Below are positions 9,507-20,615 of a stretch of 64,000 nucleotides of DNA, piece after piece. The stretch is taken from positions 138,232-202,231 of the forward strand of contig JAIXQG010000002.1 of NCBI GenBank assembly GCA_027485835.1, given 5' to 3'. The position numbers and the translations under genes were made by a program. The notes beneath the pieces were generated by a model, which worked only from the letters and a program-made list of their open reading frames with translations, did not search any database and was not told the DNA's origin. Within the stretch, counting starts at the first letter, position 1. Every line of letters begins with the position of its first letter. Source of the stretch: Alphaproteobacteria bacterium. Its GTDB lineage: Bacteria; Pseudomonadota; Alphaproteobacteria; UBA2136; UBA6156.

Positions 9507-10049
9507 TTACTTAGCGGCTTTGGCCTTTTGGCTGGTTTCAGCGGTGCGTTCTGCCTTGGGCAGGTAGCGGCCGATGTTTTCCTTCTTCTCGATCAGGGTC
9601 AGAGAGCCACCGGCTTTCTTCACCTTTTCGGCAGCGCTGGCAGAGCAGGCTGCAGCAGTAATGGTCAGCTTGGTCTTCAGTTCGCCGTTACCGAGGATCT
9701 TCAGACCGTCGTAACCCTTCTTGGTCAGACCGGAGGCGATGATGCTCTCAACGGTTACCGGCTTGGAGGCATCCAGACGACCGTCTTCGACCATCTTCTG
9801 CAGCGTACCGAGGTTTACGGTCGCGTAAGTGGTGGTGAAGTTGGTGTTGTTGAAACCACGCATCGGCAGACGACGGTAGAGCGGGTTTTGACCGCCTTCG
9901 AACCCTGCACGCACGTTACCGGATTTACGGGCCTTTTGACCCTTTACACCACGGCCGGAGGTTTTGCCCTTGCCGCTACCGATACCACGACCAACACGGG
10001 TCTTGGACTTGTTCGCGCCTTGGTTATCGCGGATTTGGTTTAATTTCAT
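9507..10049 (-). CDS. rplO: 50S ribosomal protein L15
   Basis: 180 aa with 'MKLNQIRDNQGANKSKTRVGRGIGSGKGKTSGRG', uL15. Confidence 0.95.
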   Translation of the reverse strand: MKLNQIRDNQGANKSKTRVGRGIGSGKGKTSGRGVKGQKARKSGNVRAGFEGGQNPLYRRLPMRGFNNTNFTTTYATVNLGTLQKMVEDGRLDASKPVTVESIIASGLTKKGYDGLKILGNGELKTKLTITAAACSASAAEKVKKAGGSLTLIEKKENIGRYLPKAERTAETSQKAKAAK

Positions 10050-10126
10050 GACTCGGTTTCCCTATATTTGCCATTAATAATTTATTTAAGAGAGAGGTAG
10101 GGCGGCGTTCACCGCCCCTGCCCTCA

Positions 10127-10927
10127 CTACTCTTGGGTGCCTTCAGCAGCCGGAGTTTCGGTGGCTGCCTTCATGCTTTGGGCCTTGGTAACGGTAACGA
10201 CCTTCGGCGCGTCGGTGCGGCGGCCAGCGCCAGCTTCACGACGGGGCTTGGAGTCGCCATCCTTGCGGGGACCACGGCCACCATCGCGACCGCCACGGGC
10301 CGGAGCAGCCTTCTTGGCCTTTTGGGCCTTGGCGGCGTTTTCCAGCATTTCCTTCTGGTCGCCCACGCCCTTCACAGCTTCTACAGCGTGCAGGGTCAGG
10401 TCGGTTACCTTGAGACCACGCTTAGCAGCGATGCTGCGCGGGGTTTCAATGGCAGCAAAGGCGGCAAAGGTGGCGCGGATCAGGTTGAACGGGTTGGTAG
10501 AACCCATAGCCTTAGCCACAACGTCCTTGATGCCCATGGCTTCAAAGATAGCGCGCATTGGGCCGCCGGCAATGATACCGGTACCCGGCACGGCCGGCTT
10601 GATGATCACGCGGGTAGCGCCGAAACGGCCTTGCACGTCGTGGTGAATGGTGCGGCCTTGGCGCAGCGGTACACGTACCATGGTGCGCTTGGCTTCGTCG
10701 GTGGCCTTACGTACGGCGTCCGGAACTTCCTTAGCCTTACCTTGACCAAAGCCTACGCGGCCGGCTTCGTCGCCAACAACAACCAATGCACCGAAGGACA
10801 TGCGACGGCCACCCTTAACGGTTTTGGCTACGCGGCGTACGCCAACGAGCTTGTCGACGAATTCGCTGCGTTCACGCTCTTCGCGGTTGTTCTCGCGGCG
10901 GCCTTCAAATTGACGGGGTTCGCTCAT
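10127..10927 (-). CDS. rpsE: 30S ribosomal protein S5 with ~80-aa Lys/Arg/Gly/Ala-rich C-terminal extension
   Basis: Alphaproteobacterial-type N-terminal extension plus the uS5 core ([24 protein letters not shown]...). Extra C-terminal tail '[24 protein letters not shown]...'. Confidence 0.93.
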   Translation of the reverse strand: MSEPRQFEGRRENNREERERSEFVDKLVGVRRVAKTVKGGRRMSFGALVVVGDEAGRVGFGQGKAKEVPDAVRKATDEAKRTMVRVPLRQGRTIHHDVQGRFGATRVIIKPAVPGTGIIAGGPMRAIFEAMGIKDVVAKAMGSTNPFNLIRATFAAFAAIETPRSIAAKRGLKVTDLTLHAVEAVKGVGDQKEMLENAAKAQKAKKAAPARGGRDGGRGPRKDGDSKPRREAGAGRRTDAPKVVTVTKAQSMKAATETPAAEGTQE

Positions 10928-10942
10928 AATCTCTATCCCTTC

Positions 10943-11308
10943 TTAGAATTTCAGGCCAGCGGCACGGGCGGCATCGGCCAGTACGCGGAGGCGACCGGTG
11001 AAGCGGTAGCTACCACGGTCGAAGTACACTTCCGAAATACCGGCTTTGGTAGCACGTTCGGCTACGGTCTTACCGATCACTTCAGCGGCTTCCATACCAC
11101 GGCCGTTCTTGAGGCTGCCACGCAGCTTCTTTTCCATGGTGGTTGCAGAAACCAGGGTTACACCCTTGGTGTCGTCGATGATTTGAACGGCGAGGTTCAT
11201 GTTGCTGCGGTAAACCGACATACGCAGTTTGCCCGGTGCGGCCTGGCGCAGCTTGTGACGCACGCGACGCGCGCGGCGTTCGGTGCTGGTCTCACGAAGA
11301 ATCGTCAT
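10943..11308 (-). CDS. rplR: 50S ribosomal protein L18
   Basis: 121 aa uL18 signature (RLRVxxSxxHIYAQVIDD-like 'RMSVYRSNMNLAVQIIDD'). Confidence 0.95.
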   Translation of the reverse strand: MTILRETSTERRARRVRHKLRQAAPGKLRMSVYRSNMNLAVQIIDDTKGVTLVSATTMEKKLRGSLKNGRGMEAAEVIGKTVAERATKAGISEVYFDRGSYRFTGRLRVLADAARAAGLKF

Positions 11309-11561
11309 ACTATGACTGCTCCTATTCTGGTTAACCCCCCTGCCCTATGCGTGGGGGAAGTTGCCACGGTTCTGCGCCTGCATGGGCACCGACCCGTGGA
11401 AAGAGCAAGGCCAACCCAAAGGTGGCAATGCTTAGCCGGTATATGGCGGTAAATGAAGAGTTTGGCAAGGGTTGTTGTAGGAAATTATGATAAAAACACC
11501 CCAAAACAAAAACCCCGCTTGCGCGGGATTTTTGCATCGCTTGGCAGCGAGTTCCGAAGAA

Positions 11562-12107
11562 TTACTTCTTCTTGCCTTCCTTCATGGAAATGAACTCGTT
11601 GGTGTAGCGTACGCCCTTACCCTTGAACGGTTCAGGTGCGCGGCGGCTACGTACGTTGGCTGCAAATTCGCCAACCTTCTGCTTGTCCATGCCGGAGACG
11701 GTCACTTCGGTCTGGTCCTTCACCTCAACGGACAAACCGGCGGGGATCTTGATTTCGATCGGGTGGCTGTAACCCAGGGTCATGTTCAGCTGTTGGCCTT
11801 GCACGGCAGCACGGTAACCCACACCGATGAGCTTCAGGCTGATGCTGAAACCGGTGGTGGTACCGAGAACCATGTTGTTAACCAAAGCACGGGCGGTACC
11901 CCAAGCGGCGCTGAGCGTGCGGGGGTTACCCTTGGGCTCGAACGTCAGCTCGGTGGTGCCTTCGTTCACTGCGCTGGTGACAGTGATGTCGGCCGGCAGT
12001 TCAGTGGTCAGGCTGCCTTTGGCACCCTTGATGGTGATGCTGCGGCCATTGATGGTAGCTTCGACACCCTTGGGCAGCGGAAGCGGTTTTTTACCTACGC
12101 GGGACAT
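11562..12107 (-). CDS. rplF: 50S ribosomal protein L6
   Basis: Start chosen at MSRVGKKPLPLPKGV (uL6 N-terminus), 25 nt after the rpsH stop. Confidence 0.92.
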   Translation of the reverse strand: MSRVGKKPLPLPKGVEATINGRSITIKGAKGSLTTELPADITVTSAVNEGTTELTFEPKGNPRTLSAAWGTARALVNNMVLGTTTGFSISLKLIGVGYRAAVQGQQLNMTLGYSHPIEIKIPAGLSVEVKDQTEVTVSGMDKQKVGEFAANVRSRRAPEPFKGKGVRYTNEFISMKEGKKK

Positions 12108-12132
12108 AGTGAATTCTCCTCTTCTGTTCCGC

Positions 12133-12528
12133 TTACATAACCTGGCAAAGAACTTCACCACCCACGTTCAGTTCACGGGCCTTGGTGTCGGTAATGACGC
12201 CGCGGCTGGTGCTGACGATGGAGGTGCCGAGGCCGTTAGAGACCATCGGGATTTCTTGTGCTTGGCTGTAAACACGGCGGCCGGGGCTCGACACACGCTT
12301 GAGCGAGGTAATAACCGGTTGGCCTTGGTGATACTTCAGGGTCACGACGAGCGTACCTTGTACGGTGTCGTTTTCCAGCTTGTAGCTCGTGATGTAACCT
12401 TCGGCTGCGAGCACTTCCAGAATGGAGGCCTTCAGCTTGCTGGCCGGCATACGCACGGTTTCGTGCTTTTGTGCCTGAGCGTTGCGGATGCGTACGAGCA
12501 GATCGGCGATCGGATCGGTAACGGGCAT
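12133..12528 (-). CDS. rpsH: 30S ribosomal protein S8
   Basis: 131 aa with 'MPVTDPIADLLVRIRNAQ', uS8. Confidence 0.97.
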   Translation of the reverse strand: MPVTDPIADLLVRIRNAQAQKHETVRMPASKLKASILEVLAAEGYITSYKLENDTVQGTLVVTLKYHQGQPVITSLKRVSSPGRRVYSQAQEIPMVSNGLGTSIVSTSRGVITDTKARELNVGGEVLCQVM

Positions 12529-12543
12529 ATCTGTATCCTTTCC

Positions 12544-12846
12544 TTACCAGCTGGCCTTGCGTACGCCCGGCAGAAGGCCGAGGCTCGCAAGTTCGCGCAG
12601 CTTGTTACGGGAGAGACCAAAGCGGCCGTTGTAACCACGGGGACGACCCGTAAGGCTGCAGCGGTTGCGTTGGCGGGACTTGGAGCCGTTGCGGGCCAGG
12701 TCGGCCAGCTTTTGCGAGAGGGTCATCTTCTCTTCGAGACCTTCGGCGGCCACGATGGCCTTTTTCAGCTCGGCGCGCTTTTCAGCGTCGCGCTTGCCCA
12801 GTTTGGCGCGAGTGTTCTCGCGGTTGATCATTCCAACTTTAGCCAT
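12544..12846 (-). CDS. rpsN: 30S ribosomal protein S14
   Basis: 100 aa with 'MAKVGMINRENTRAKL...RNRCSLTGRPRGY', uS14. Confidence 0.95.
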   Translation of the reverse strand: MAKVGMINRENTRAKLGKRDAEKRAELKKAIVAAEGLEEKMTLSQKLADLARNGSKSRQRNRCSLTGRPRGYNGRFGLSRNKLRELASLGLLPGVRKASW

Positions 12847-12848
12847 GA

Positions 12849-13508
12849 TTATGCACCCTTCACTTCTTGGGTTTGACGGCTGCGACGGAACGGCATGCCA
12901 AAGGCGGCAAGCAGAGCGCGGGCGTCGTCGTCGTTTTGAGCACTGGTGCAGATGATGACATCCATACCACGCACGCGGTCGGTCTTATCAAAGTCGATTT
13001 CTTGGAAGATAATCTGTTCCTTGATACCCAGAGCGTAGTTACCGCGGCCATCGAATGCCTTGGAGCTTACACCTTCAAAGTCGCGCACGCGGGGCAGAGC
13101 GACAGTGATCAGACGATCGAGGAATTCGTACATACGTTCGCCGCGCAGGGTCACCTTGCAGCCAATCGCCATGCCTTCACGCAGCTTAAAGTTGCTGATG
13201 GACTTACGGGCCTTGGTGGCAACAGGTTGCTGACCGGCGATGAGACGCATGTCAGCCATCGCGCCTTCCAGCAGCTTCTTGTCTTCGGCAGCCTTACCTA
13301 CGCCCATGTTCAGGACGATTTTGGTAACGCGGGGCAGTTTCATGGGGTTGGTATAGCCCAGCTCTTTCGCCAGTTGCGGGCGAATTTGCTTGGCGTACAT
13401 CTCGGCAAAGCGCGGGGTGTAGCCTTCCATTTTCGCGTCTACGCCAGAAGCGTTTTCTGCTTTTTTGGAAGCCTTGGCCGGTGCCTTAGCGGGTTGCTTA
13501 GTAGCCAT
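12849..13508 (-). CDS. rplE: 50S ribosomal protein L5 with Ala/Lys-rich N-terminal extension
   Basis: uL5 core (RLKEKY...NPMxxPRVxKIVxNMGVG). The start at 13508 keeps operon spacing tight. An alternative internal start at ~13430 (MEGYTPRF) is possible. Confidence 0.9.
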   Translation of the reverse strand: MATKQPAKAPAKASKKAENASGVDAKMEGYTPRFAEMYAKQIRPQLAKELGYTNPMKLPRVTKIVLNMGVGKAAEDKKLLEGAMADMRLIAGQQPVATKARKSISNFKLREGMAIGCKVTLRGERMYEFLDRLITVALPRVRDFEGVSSKAFDGRGNYALGIKEQIIFQEIDFDKTDRVRGMDVIICTSAQNDDDARALLAAFGMPFRRSRQTQEVKGA

Positions 13509-13523
13509 GACTAGTATCCTTTC

Positions 13524-13931
13524 TTACTTGGACTTGGTCTTGGTGGCAGAGGCCTTAGCCTTGCCAGCAGATTGATCTTTAGAACCCTTCTTGATGGTAT
13601 CAAGAACGGTGTTGCTCGCCTTAGCGATACGAACCTTGGAGCCATCGGCCTCAACACGGTAGCCAACGCGGGTCGGCTTGCCGGTCTTGGGGTCCTTCAG
13701 CATGACGTTGGTCACGTTGATGGAGGCTTCGGCCTGGATTTGGCCCGGTTCGCGCTGCATCATCATGGCCTTGCGGGCGCTGAGGAATTTGTTCACGAGG
13801 TTTACGCCTTCGACGTAAACACGGCCAGTAGCAGTGATCACCTTGGTGATTTTGCCGCTTTGGCCCTTGGACTTACCAGAGATAACGATAACCTCGTCAC
13901 CCTTTTTCAGTTTGGACTGCAGTTGAGCCAT
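13524..13931 (-). CDS. rplX: 50S ribosomal protein L24 with Lys/Ala-rich C-terminal tail
   Basis: 'MAQLQSKLKKGDEVIVISGKSKGQSGKI', uL24 KOW domain. Tail '...KDQSAGKAKASATKTKSK'. Confidence 0.95.
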   Translation of the reverse strand: MAQLQSKLKKGDEVIVISGKSKGQSGKITKVITATGRVYVEGVNLVNKFLSARKAMMMQREPGQIQAEASINVTNVMLKDPKTGKPTRVGYRVEADGSKVRIAKASNTVLDTIKKGSKDQSAGKAKASATKTKSK

Positions 13932-13933
13932 AA

Positions 13934-14302
13934 TTAGAGTACCTCCGGTGCGAGAGAAATGATTTTCATGAACGACTTACCGCGCAGTTCACGAGCCACC
14001 GGGCCGAAGATACGGGTGCCGATCGGCTCGTTCTTCTTGTCGATGAGAACAGCGGCGTTCTTGTCGAAGCGGATGGCGGTGCCATCGGCGCGCAGCGTTT
14101 CCTTGGCGGTACGCACGACTACGGCACGGGCAACATCACCCTTCTTTACCTTAGCGCGCGGAATAGCGTCCTTGATGCTGACGATGATGATATCACCAAC
14201 GCGAGCATAACGACGACGGGTGCCGCCGAGTACGCGGATGCACATTACCTCACGCGCGCCGGAGTTATCGGCGACGTCGAGGCGGGTTTCCTGTTGAATC
14301 AC
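13934..14302 (-). CDS. rplN: 50S ribosomal protein L14
   Basis: 122 aa with '[27 protein letters not shown]', uL14. Confidence 0.97.
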   Translation of the reverse strand: MIQQETRLDVADNSGAREVMCIRVLGGTRRRYARVGDIIIVSIKDAIPRAKVKKGDVARAVVVRTAKETLRADGTAIRFDKNAAVLIDKKNEPIGTRIFGPVARELRGKSFMKIISLAPEVL

Positions 14303-14324
14303 GGGACCTGCTCCTCTTACTTAA

Positions 14325-14606
14325 TTACGCTTGCACGTCGGAAGCGCTGTCGGAGATGATGTCTCCGGCGGCTACTACGACGCTCTTGAGTTCAAAGCGC
14401 TTCAGCTTGCTGACAGGCGCGCACTCAATGATTTCAACCACGTCACCCATCTTGCCGGTTTCGGCTTCATCATGGGCGTGGAATTTCTTGCTGGTACGTT
14501 GAATTTTACCATAGATCGGGTGCTTGGTGGTGCGCTCGACATTAACCACAATCGTCTTGTGGCCCTTGGTGGAAACAACGGTACCCTGAAGGACGCGACG
14601 GGGCAT
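14325..14606 (-). CDS. rpsQ: 30S ribosomal protein S17
   Basis: '[23 protein letters not shown]', uS17, with a short acidic tail. Confidence 0.95.
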   Translation of the reverse strand: MPRRVLQGTVVSTKGHKTIVVNVERTTKHPIYGKIQRTSKKFHAHDEAETGKMGDVVEIIECAPVSKLKRFELKSVVVAAGDIISDSASDVQA

Positions 14607-14806
14607 TACTTGGACTCCTTCTTGGATTGCTGGACCATTGCGGTCTTTACACGGGCAATGCTCGTGCGCACTTCGCGCCAGCGGTTTACATTGGCAAGCT
14701 GACCGGCGCTCTTTTGGAAGCGCAGGTTCATTTGTTCACGGCGCAGCTGGAGGAGGACTTCCTTCAGCTGAGCGGCAGACTTGCTAACAATTTCAGACAT
14801 TTGCAT
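14606..14806 (-). CDS. rpmC: 50S ribosomal protein L29
   Basis: 66 aa with '[40 protein letters not shown]', uL29. Its stop overlaps the rpsQ start. Confidence 0.93.
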   Translation of the reverse strand: MQMSEIVSKSAAQLKEVLLQLRREQMNLRFQKSAGQLANVNRWREVRTSIARVKTAMVQQSKKESK

Positions 14807-14821
14807 AGCAGTATCCTTTCT

Positions 14822-15238
14822 TTACGCGCCGTGGTGACGGGACACGAATTTGGTCTTTACCGGCAGCTTCATGGCGGCCAGACGGAAGGCTTCGCGTGCG
14901 ATCTCTTCGGATACACCCGCAAGTTCGTACATTACGCGGCCGGGCTTAACGCGGCATACCCAGTATTCCGGGGCACCCTTACCGGAACCCATACGGACTT
15001 CGGCAGGCTTGCGGGATACGGGAACATCCGGGAAGACACGAACCCATACACGGCCACCACGGGCAATGTAACGGGTCATGGCACGACGGGCCGACTCGAT
15101 TTGACGAGCGGTTACGCGTTCGGGTTCCATAGCCTTAAGACCGAATTCGCCGAAGCTCACGTCGGTACCGCCCTTGGCGGCACCGTGGATCCGGCCCTTG
15201 AAGGCCTTACGGTATTTAGTTCTCTTTGGTTGCAGCAT
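14822..15238 (-). CDS. rplP: 50S ribosomal protein L16
   Basis: 138 aa with '[24 protein letters not shown]', uL16. Confidence 0.97.
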   Translation of the reverse strand: MLQPKRTKYRKAFKGRIHGAAKGGTDVSFGEFGLKAMEPERVTARQIESARRAMTRYIARGGRVWVRVFPDVPVSRKPAEVRMGSGKGAPEYWVCRVKPGRVMYELAGVSEEIAREAFRLAAMKLPVKTKFVSRHHGA

Positions 15239-15268
15239 GGCTGTATTCCTTAATATCAGTTGGCGGCT

Positions 15269-15919
<651 letters not shown>

Positions 15920-15920
15920 A

Positions 15921-16412
15921 TTAAGCCTCCGTCTTTTCAGTAGCGGTTTCAGTTTCGGTAGCCGGAGCAGCCTTAGGAGCAGCTACCTTTTTGGCAGCAG
16001 CCTTAGGGGCTTCAGCCTTCTTGGCAACCGGCTTGGCTTCAGGGGCCTTTTCAGCAACCACGATGGTCAGGTGGCAGCGGTGCTTCAGAATCGGGGCGGC
16101 ACGGCCTTTGGCACGTTGCATCCAACGCTTCTGGTAGGCACCCTTGTCGGCGTAAGCGCGAGCTACGACGAGGTTGTCCACGTTAAGTTGGTGGTTGTTT
16201 TCAGCGTTAGCGATCGCCGAAAGCAGCAGCTTCTTGGTGATCGGGGCCAGCTTTTTGCGGCAGAACGTAAGGTCGTTCAGCGCGCGTTCTACACTCTTGC
16301 CACGAATCAATTCGAGGACAAGGGCGGCCTTCATGGTGCTGCTCTTGACATCGCGCAGGGAGGCGATGGCTTCGTTGTCAGCAACCAGGCGTGGGGCGGA
16401 AGATTTACTCAT
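15921..16412 (-). CDS. rplV: 50S ribosomal protein L22 with Ala/Lys/Pro-rich C-terminal tail
   Basis: uL22 core plus tail '[43 protein letters not shown]'. Confidence 0.95.
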   Translation of the reverse strand: MSKSSAPRLVADNEAIASLRDVKSSTMKAALVLELIRGKSVERALNDLTFCRKKLAPITKKLLLSAIANAENNHQLNVDNLVVARAYADKGAYQKRWMQRAKGRAAPILKHRCHLTIVVAEKAPEAKPVAKKAEAPKAAAKKVAAPKAAPATETETATEKTEA

Positions 16413-16423
16413 ATCGTTCTACC

Positions 16424-16711
16424 TTACTTCTTCTTACCCTGAGCCGCAGCCTTCTTGTCCGGGTGGCCATTGAAGGTACGGGTTGGGGCGAATTCGCCGA
16501 GCTTGTGGCCGATCATGTTGTCGGTGATCAGCACGGGCACGAACTTGTTACCATTGTGAACAGCGAACGCCACGCCGACGAAGTCGGGCATGATGGTGCT
16601 GCGGCGGGACCAGGTCTTGATGACCTCTTTACGACCGGAGGTGAGAACCTTTGCGACCTTCTTGGTCACGCTGGCGTCTACAAACGGGCCTTTTTTAATG
16701 GAGCGAGCCAT
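16424..16711 (-). CDS. rpsS: 30S ribosomal protein S19
   Basis: 95 aa with '[19 protein letters not shown]...[16 protein letters not shown]', uS19. Confidence 0.97.
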   Translation of the reverse strand: MARSIKKGPFVDASVTKKVAKVLTSGRKEVIKTWSRRSTIMPDFVGVAFAVHNGNKFVPVLITDNMIGHKLGEFAPTRTFNGHPDKKAAAQGKKK

Positions 16712-16731
16712 AGTGTATTACCTCTCCTCTT

Positions 16732-17565
16732 CTATCGTTTATCGTTACGGCGACGGATAATCATCTTGCCGCTCGGTTTGCGCATATTGCGGGTCTTCTT
16801 ACCCTTGGTCGGTTTACCCCAAGGCGTCACTGGGTGACGACCACCGGAGGTCTTACCTTCACCACCACCGTGCGGGTGGTCAACCGGGTTCATTACAACA
16901 CCACGTACAACCGGGCGCTTACCCATCCAACGAGCACGACCAGCCTTACCCAGTTGGGTGTTCATGTGGTCGGGGTTAGATACGGAACCGATGGTTGCGA
17001 TGCAGCTTTCGTGCACGCGGCGGAGTTCGCCAGACGGCATGCGGAGCTGAACGTAGGCACCGTCCTTACCAGCAATCTGGATGCTGGAACCAGCGGAACG
17101 GGCCATTTTGCCACCAGCGCCGGGCTTGAGCTCGACGTTGTGCACAACGGTACCAACCGGGATGTTCTTCAGCGGCAGGGCGTTACCGGGTACGATTTCC
17201 GCTTGCGGGCCGGACATGACCATATCGCCAACCTTCATCTTCTGGGGGGCCAGGATGTAGGACTTTTCGCCGTCCTTATAAGTAATAAGGGCAATGAAGG
17301 CGGAACGGTTGGGATCGTATTCCAGACGCTCAACTTGGGCGGGTACGCCAAACTTGATGCGCTTGAAGTCTACCAGACGGTAGCGACGCTTGTGACCGCC
17401 GCTCTTGTTCCAGTTGGTGGTACGACCGGTGTTGCTACGACCGCCGGTCTTGGACAGCGGAGCCGTCAAAGACTTTTCCGGTGCACCCTTGTGCAGATCG
17501 GAACGGTCGACCGTGATCAGCTGGCGACGGCCAGGAGAAGTCGGGTTGTAGGTTTTTAAAGCCAT
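16732..17565 (-). CDS. rplB: 50S ribosomal protein L2
   Basis: 277 aa uL2 with the conserved [12 protein letters not shown]... C-terminal region. Confidence 0.97.
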   Translation of the reverse strand: MALKTYNPTSPGRRQLITVDRSDLHKGAPEKSLTAPLSKTGGRSNTGRTTNWNKSGGHKRRYRLVDFKRIKFGVPAQVERLEYDPNRSAFIALITYKDGEKSYILAPQKMKVGDMVMSGPQAEIVPGNALPLKNIPVGTVVHNVELKPGAGGKMARSAGSSIQIAGKDGAYVQLRMPSGELRRVHESCIATIGSVSNPDHMNTQLGKAGRARWMGKRPVVRGVVMNPVDHPHGGGEGKTSGGRHPVTPWGKPTKGKKTRNMRKPSGKMIIRRRNDKR

Positions 17566-17584
17566 AACAGGTATCCTTCCCTAC

Positions 17585-17887
17585 TTACTTCACGCCTGCG
17601 CTCAGGTCGACACTTTGGCCGTCCTTCAATTGCACAAACGCTTTTTTCATATCGGAACGCGCGCTCAGTGCACGGGTACGCTTCTTGCCCTTTTGGATCA
17701 GGGTGTTGACCTTCAGAACGTCAACGCCGTACAGACGCTCCATCGCTTCCTTGATTTCCGGCTTAGTGGCGTCCAGCAGCACTTCGAAAGTGAGCCAGTT
17801 ACCGCTTTCGGCAACCTTGGTGGTCTTCTCGGTGACGAGAGGACGCACGACGAGTTGGTACATACGCTCGGTGGGAGTCTTGCTCAT
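17585..17887 (-). CDS. rplW: 50S ribosomal protein L23
   Basis: 100 aa uL23. Confidence 0.93.
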   Translation of the reverse strand: MSKTPTERMYQLVVRPLVTEKTTKVAESGNWLTFEVLLDATKPEIKEAMERLYGVDVLKVNTLIQKGKKRTRALSARSDMKKAFVQLKDGQSVDLSAGVK

Positions 17888-17900
17888 AATTTAGCTCTCC

Positions 17901-18656
17901 TTACTCTGCAGATTTCTTGGCGGCCTTAGGGGCAGCCTTCTTAGCCGGCTTTTCAGCAGCTTCGGTTTTGGCAGCCTTGGAGGCAGCGGCCTTTTTGGCC
18001 GCCGTCTTTTCAGACTTAGCTTCGGTCTCAGACTCTTCACCGCTGAAGCGGGCAACCAGCAGGCTTACAGCCTTTTCGGTCAGCACCAGCTTGTCGCGTT
18101 GCAGAATGTCGTAAACGTTGGCACCCGCGGTCGGGATAACCTTGACGTGCGGCAGGTTGCGGCTGGCCAGGTCGAAGTTACCATCGAAGCTGTCGACTAT
18201 GAACGTGGCGTTCAGCGCGCTCAGCTTGGTCAGCTTGGCAGCCAGATCCTTGGTCTTCGGAGCGGCCAGAGCAGCTTCGCTAACAATGATCAGGTTACCG
18301 GCAGCAGCCTTGCTGGACAGAGCGGTTTTAACGGCCAGCGCACGTACTTGCTTGGGCAAGCTGTGGCTGGTGGTGCGGTTACGGGGACCATGGGATGCGC
18401 CACCACCAACAAAGATGTTGGACGAACGGGCACCGTGACGGGCGTTACCGGATTTCTTTTGCGGGCCGTGCTTTTTCTTGGAACGGTCAACTTCGCCGCG
18501 GGTTTTGGTGTGGGCAAGCCACTCGCGGTTGTTGGCCAATTGCCAGTTTACGGCACGGGCGAGAAGGTCAGCGCGGATATCCAGACCAAAAATATTGGTC
18601 GGGAGGTCTACGGAGCCGGTCTTCTTACCGTCGAGGGAGATGATATCGAAATTCAT
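17901..18656 (-). CDS. rplD: 50S ribosomal protein L4 with ~50-aa Ala/Lys-rich C-terminal tail
   Basis: uL4 core (KKTGSVDLPTNIFGLDIRADLLARAV...). Tail 'EAKSEKTAAKKAAASKAAKTEAAEKPAKKAAPKAAKKSAE'. Confidence 0.95.
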   Translation of the reverse strand: MNFDIISLDGKKTGSVDLPTNIFGLDIRADLLARAVNWQLANNREWLAHTKTRGEVDRSKKKHGPQKKSGNARHGARSSNIFVGGGASHGPRNRTTSHSLPKQVRALAVKTALSSKAAAGNLIIVSEAALAAPKTKDLAAKLTKLSALNATFIVDSFDGNFDLASRNLPHVKVIPTAGANVYDILQRDKLVLTEKAVSLLVARFSGEESETEAKSEKTAAKKAAASKAAKTEAAEKPAKKAAPKAAKKSAE

Positions 18657-18666
18657 GTCGCGTCCC

Positions 18667-19332
18667 TTACTTCATAACTTTGGCGGTTTTGGTCTTGGCC
18701 GCATCGCGTACCATTACGAAGCCACCCTTGGCGCCCGGAACGGACCCCTTGAGCAGAATCAGACCCTTGTCGGCATCTACGCGCACAACTTCAAGGTTGT
18801 GGGTCGTAACGTTTTCAGCACCGTAGTGACCGGCCATCTTCTTGTTCTTGAAGACGCGACCCGGATCTTGGCGCTGACCGGTAGAACCGTGGGAACGGTG
18901 GCTGACGGAGTTACCGTGCGAGGCACGACCACCACCGAAGTTCCAGCGCACCATAACACCGGTGAAACCGCGACCCTTGGTGGTACCACGCACGTCGACC
19001 AGTTGACCGGCGGCGAATTGGTCTACCTTGAGCTCGGTGCCCGGGGCTACCAGGTTTTCCGGAGTTACGCGGAATTCCACCAGCTTCTGCTTCGGCTCTA
19101 CGCCGGCTTTGCGGAAGTGGCCGAGTTCCGGCTGGGTAACGCGTTGAGCCTTCTTGGTGAAGGTACCGATTTGAACAGCGGTGTAGCCGTCCTTCTCAAC
19201 GGTACGGTTGGCAACCACTTGGGCGCCTTCCACTTGCAGAACAGTGACAGGAACGTGTTGGCCCAGATCGTTAAAGATGCGGGTCATACCGACTTTTTTG
19301 GCAACGAGGCCGTGACGGATTTGGCTAGGCAT
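18667..19332 (-). CDS. rplC: 50S ribosomal protein L3
   Basis: 221 aa with '[13 protein letters not shown]...', uL3. Confidence 0.96.
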   Translation of the reverse strand: MPSQIRHGLVAKKVGMTRIFNDLGQHVPVTVLQVEGAQVVANRTVEKDGYTAVQIGTFTKKAQRVTQPELGHFRKAGVEPKQKLVEFRVTPENLVAPGTELKVDQFAAGQLVDVRGTTKGRGFTGVMVRWNFGGGRASHGNSVSHRSHGSTGQRQDPGRVFKNKKMAGHYGAENVTTHNLEVVRVDADKGLILLKGSVPGAKGGFVMVRDAAKTKTAKVMK

Positions 19333-19348
19333 ATCTATCCCCTCCCCG

Positions 19349-19669
19349 TTACAGCTTGATCTGCACGTCTACGCCGGAAGCGAGGTCCAGCTTCATCAGC
19401 GCGTCGATGGTTTGCGGGGTCGGCTCGACGATTTCCAGCACACGCTTGTGGGTGCGCATTTCGAAGTGCTCGCGGCTCTTCTTGTCGATGTGCGGGCTGC
19501 GCAGGACGCAGAAGCGTTCGATTTTGGTCGGCAGCGGAATCGGACCTTGAACCTTGGCGCCGGTACGACGGGCGGTTTCAACGATCTCGAGGGTGGATTT
19601 ATCCAGCACGCGGTGGTCGTAAGACTTTAGGCGAATACGGATGTTTTGTGCGGCTTCGGCGTTGGCCAT
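19349..19669 (-). CDS. rpsJ: 30S ribosomal protein S10
   Basis: Start set at [23 protein letters not shown], preceded by an aaggagg SD 8 nt upstream. The uS10 core ([18 protein letters not shown]...HFEMRTHKR) is present. The longer upstream ORF extension is rejected. Confidence 0.94.
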   Translation of the reverse strand: MANAEAAQNIRIRLKSYDHRVLDKSTLEIVETARRTGAKVQGPIPLPTKIERFCVLRSPHIDKKSREHFEMRTHKRVLEIVEPTPQTIDALMKLDLASGVDVQIKL

Positions 19670-19919
19670 GAAGCGTTTCCTCCTTGTGTGCTTACGCTTT
19701 TGCCAGCGCATTGGCACGGTTACGACAAATGCCAAACCCCCTGTTTTGCCAAGGGTTTGGCTTAGACCTGATATTGGCAAACATCTCCAGGTCGCTATCT
19801 TTTTCCTGCCACAGGCATGCATACGCACACGAGGGCTTGGGGGCGATATAGGCGCTGGGGGCCTAGGTGTCAAGCGGAAAACATAGAAAAATGAATGGGG
19901 GTAAGGGATTTTCTTGCGG

Positions 19920-19960
19920 TGGTGGTTTGGGACAAAAAAGAACCTCCCCGTTTGGACCGG
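19920..19960 (-). terminator. rho-independent terminator (cctctccgg-tccaaac-ggggagg + T-run) after the 146-aa hypothetical gene
   Basis: Hairpin followed by ttctttttt on the minus strand, directly after the stop at 19982. Confidence 0.5.
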
Positions 19961-19981
19961 AGAGGTAGTGCGATATTGAGT

Positions 19982-20422
19982 TTAGGCGGTCTGATTGTAA
20001 TGAATGTACAGCAGGGACGACAAATTGTCGCACCACCAACTTCCGATTGCAGAACTCACTTCGACCCTTCTGTTACCCGTAAACATATAGGGATACGGGA
20101 CACTGTCATCCTCCTCCTGAAAGAAGAATGATACCTTCGAAGTCTTGTTGACCGACGCGAGGTAGCTCAGCACGAAGGCATTCAGAGACTCACGTGGAGT
20201 TGGAAGATCGTCAGTCGCATTTTCAGACCCAGCAAGTTCGAGTTCGACGCCGTCGACGAAGATGATTGTATAATCATCCCCACGATATTTCTGTCTCTTG
20301 TCGATAACTTCTATTTTTTTTGCAGCATCCAGAGCTGCAATAAGTTTGTTGCGGTCTGATTCGTTGATCTGAAGGATGGTGCGGATATTGAGAAGGTCGT
20401 CAGCAAACATATCTTTCTCCAT
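19982..20422 (-). CDS. hypothetical acidic protein (146 aa), lower-GC
   Basis: Complete ORF with its own terminator. No recognisable family. AT-richer than surrounding core genes. Confidence 0.45.
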   Translation of the reverse strand: MEKDMFADDLLNIRTILQINESDRNKLIAALDAAKKIEVIDKRQKYRGDDYTIIFVDGVELELAGSENATDDLPTPRESLNAFVLSYLASVNKTSKVSFFFQEEDDSVPYPYMFTGNRRVEVSSAIGSWWCDNLSSLLYIHYNQTA

Positions 20423-20574
20423 TTGTTTTGCTGGTTATTCTGGATACCATCGGCATACCTCACGCGTAATAACAGCCCTTCGGGCCGTACAAACGGTTCA
20501 GATATGTCGATGGCAGAGCCAGTCTACATTCTTATAGCTGCTGGCACATTTTACTTAGCTGACATAAAGAAAAA

Positions 20575-20600
20575 GCCGCCCGAAGGCGACTTTCTCCTCC
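20575..20600 (-). terminator. rho-independent terminator (gtcgcc-ttcg-ggcggc + TTTTT) after the 116-aa hypothetical gene
   Basis: Read directly from sequence on the minus strand. Confidence 0.5.
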
Positions 20601-20615
20601 CCGAAGGGACGTTCG

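Noticed and set aside
10133-12876. Long plus-strand ORFs (439 aa, 217 aa, 349 aa) across the spc operon
   Set aside because: Antisense to rpsE/rplR/rplF/rpsH/rpsN, with no SD and no family resemblance. A GC-frame artefact.
19670-19873. N-terminal 68-aa extension of the rpsJ ORF
   Set aside because: uS10 homology begins at the internal Met, which has a perfect aaggagg SD. The extension is Pro/Arg-rich read-through of the leader.
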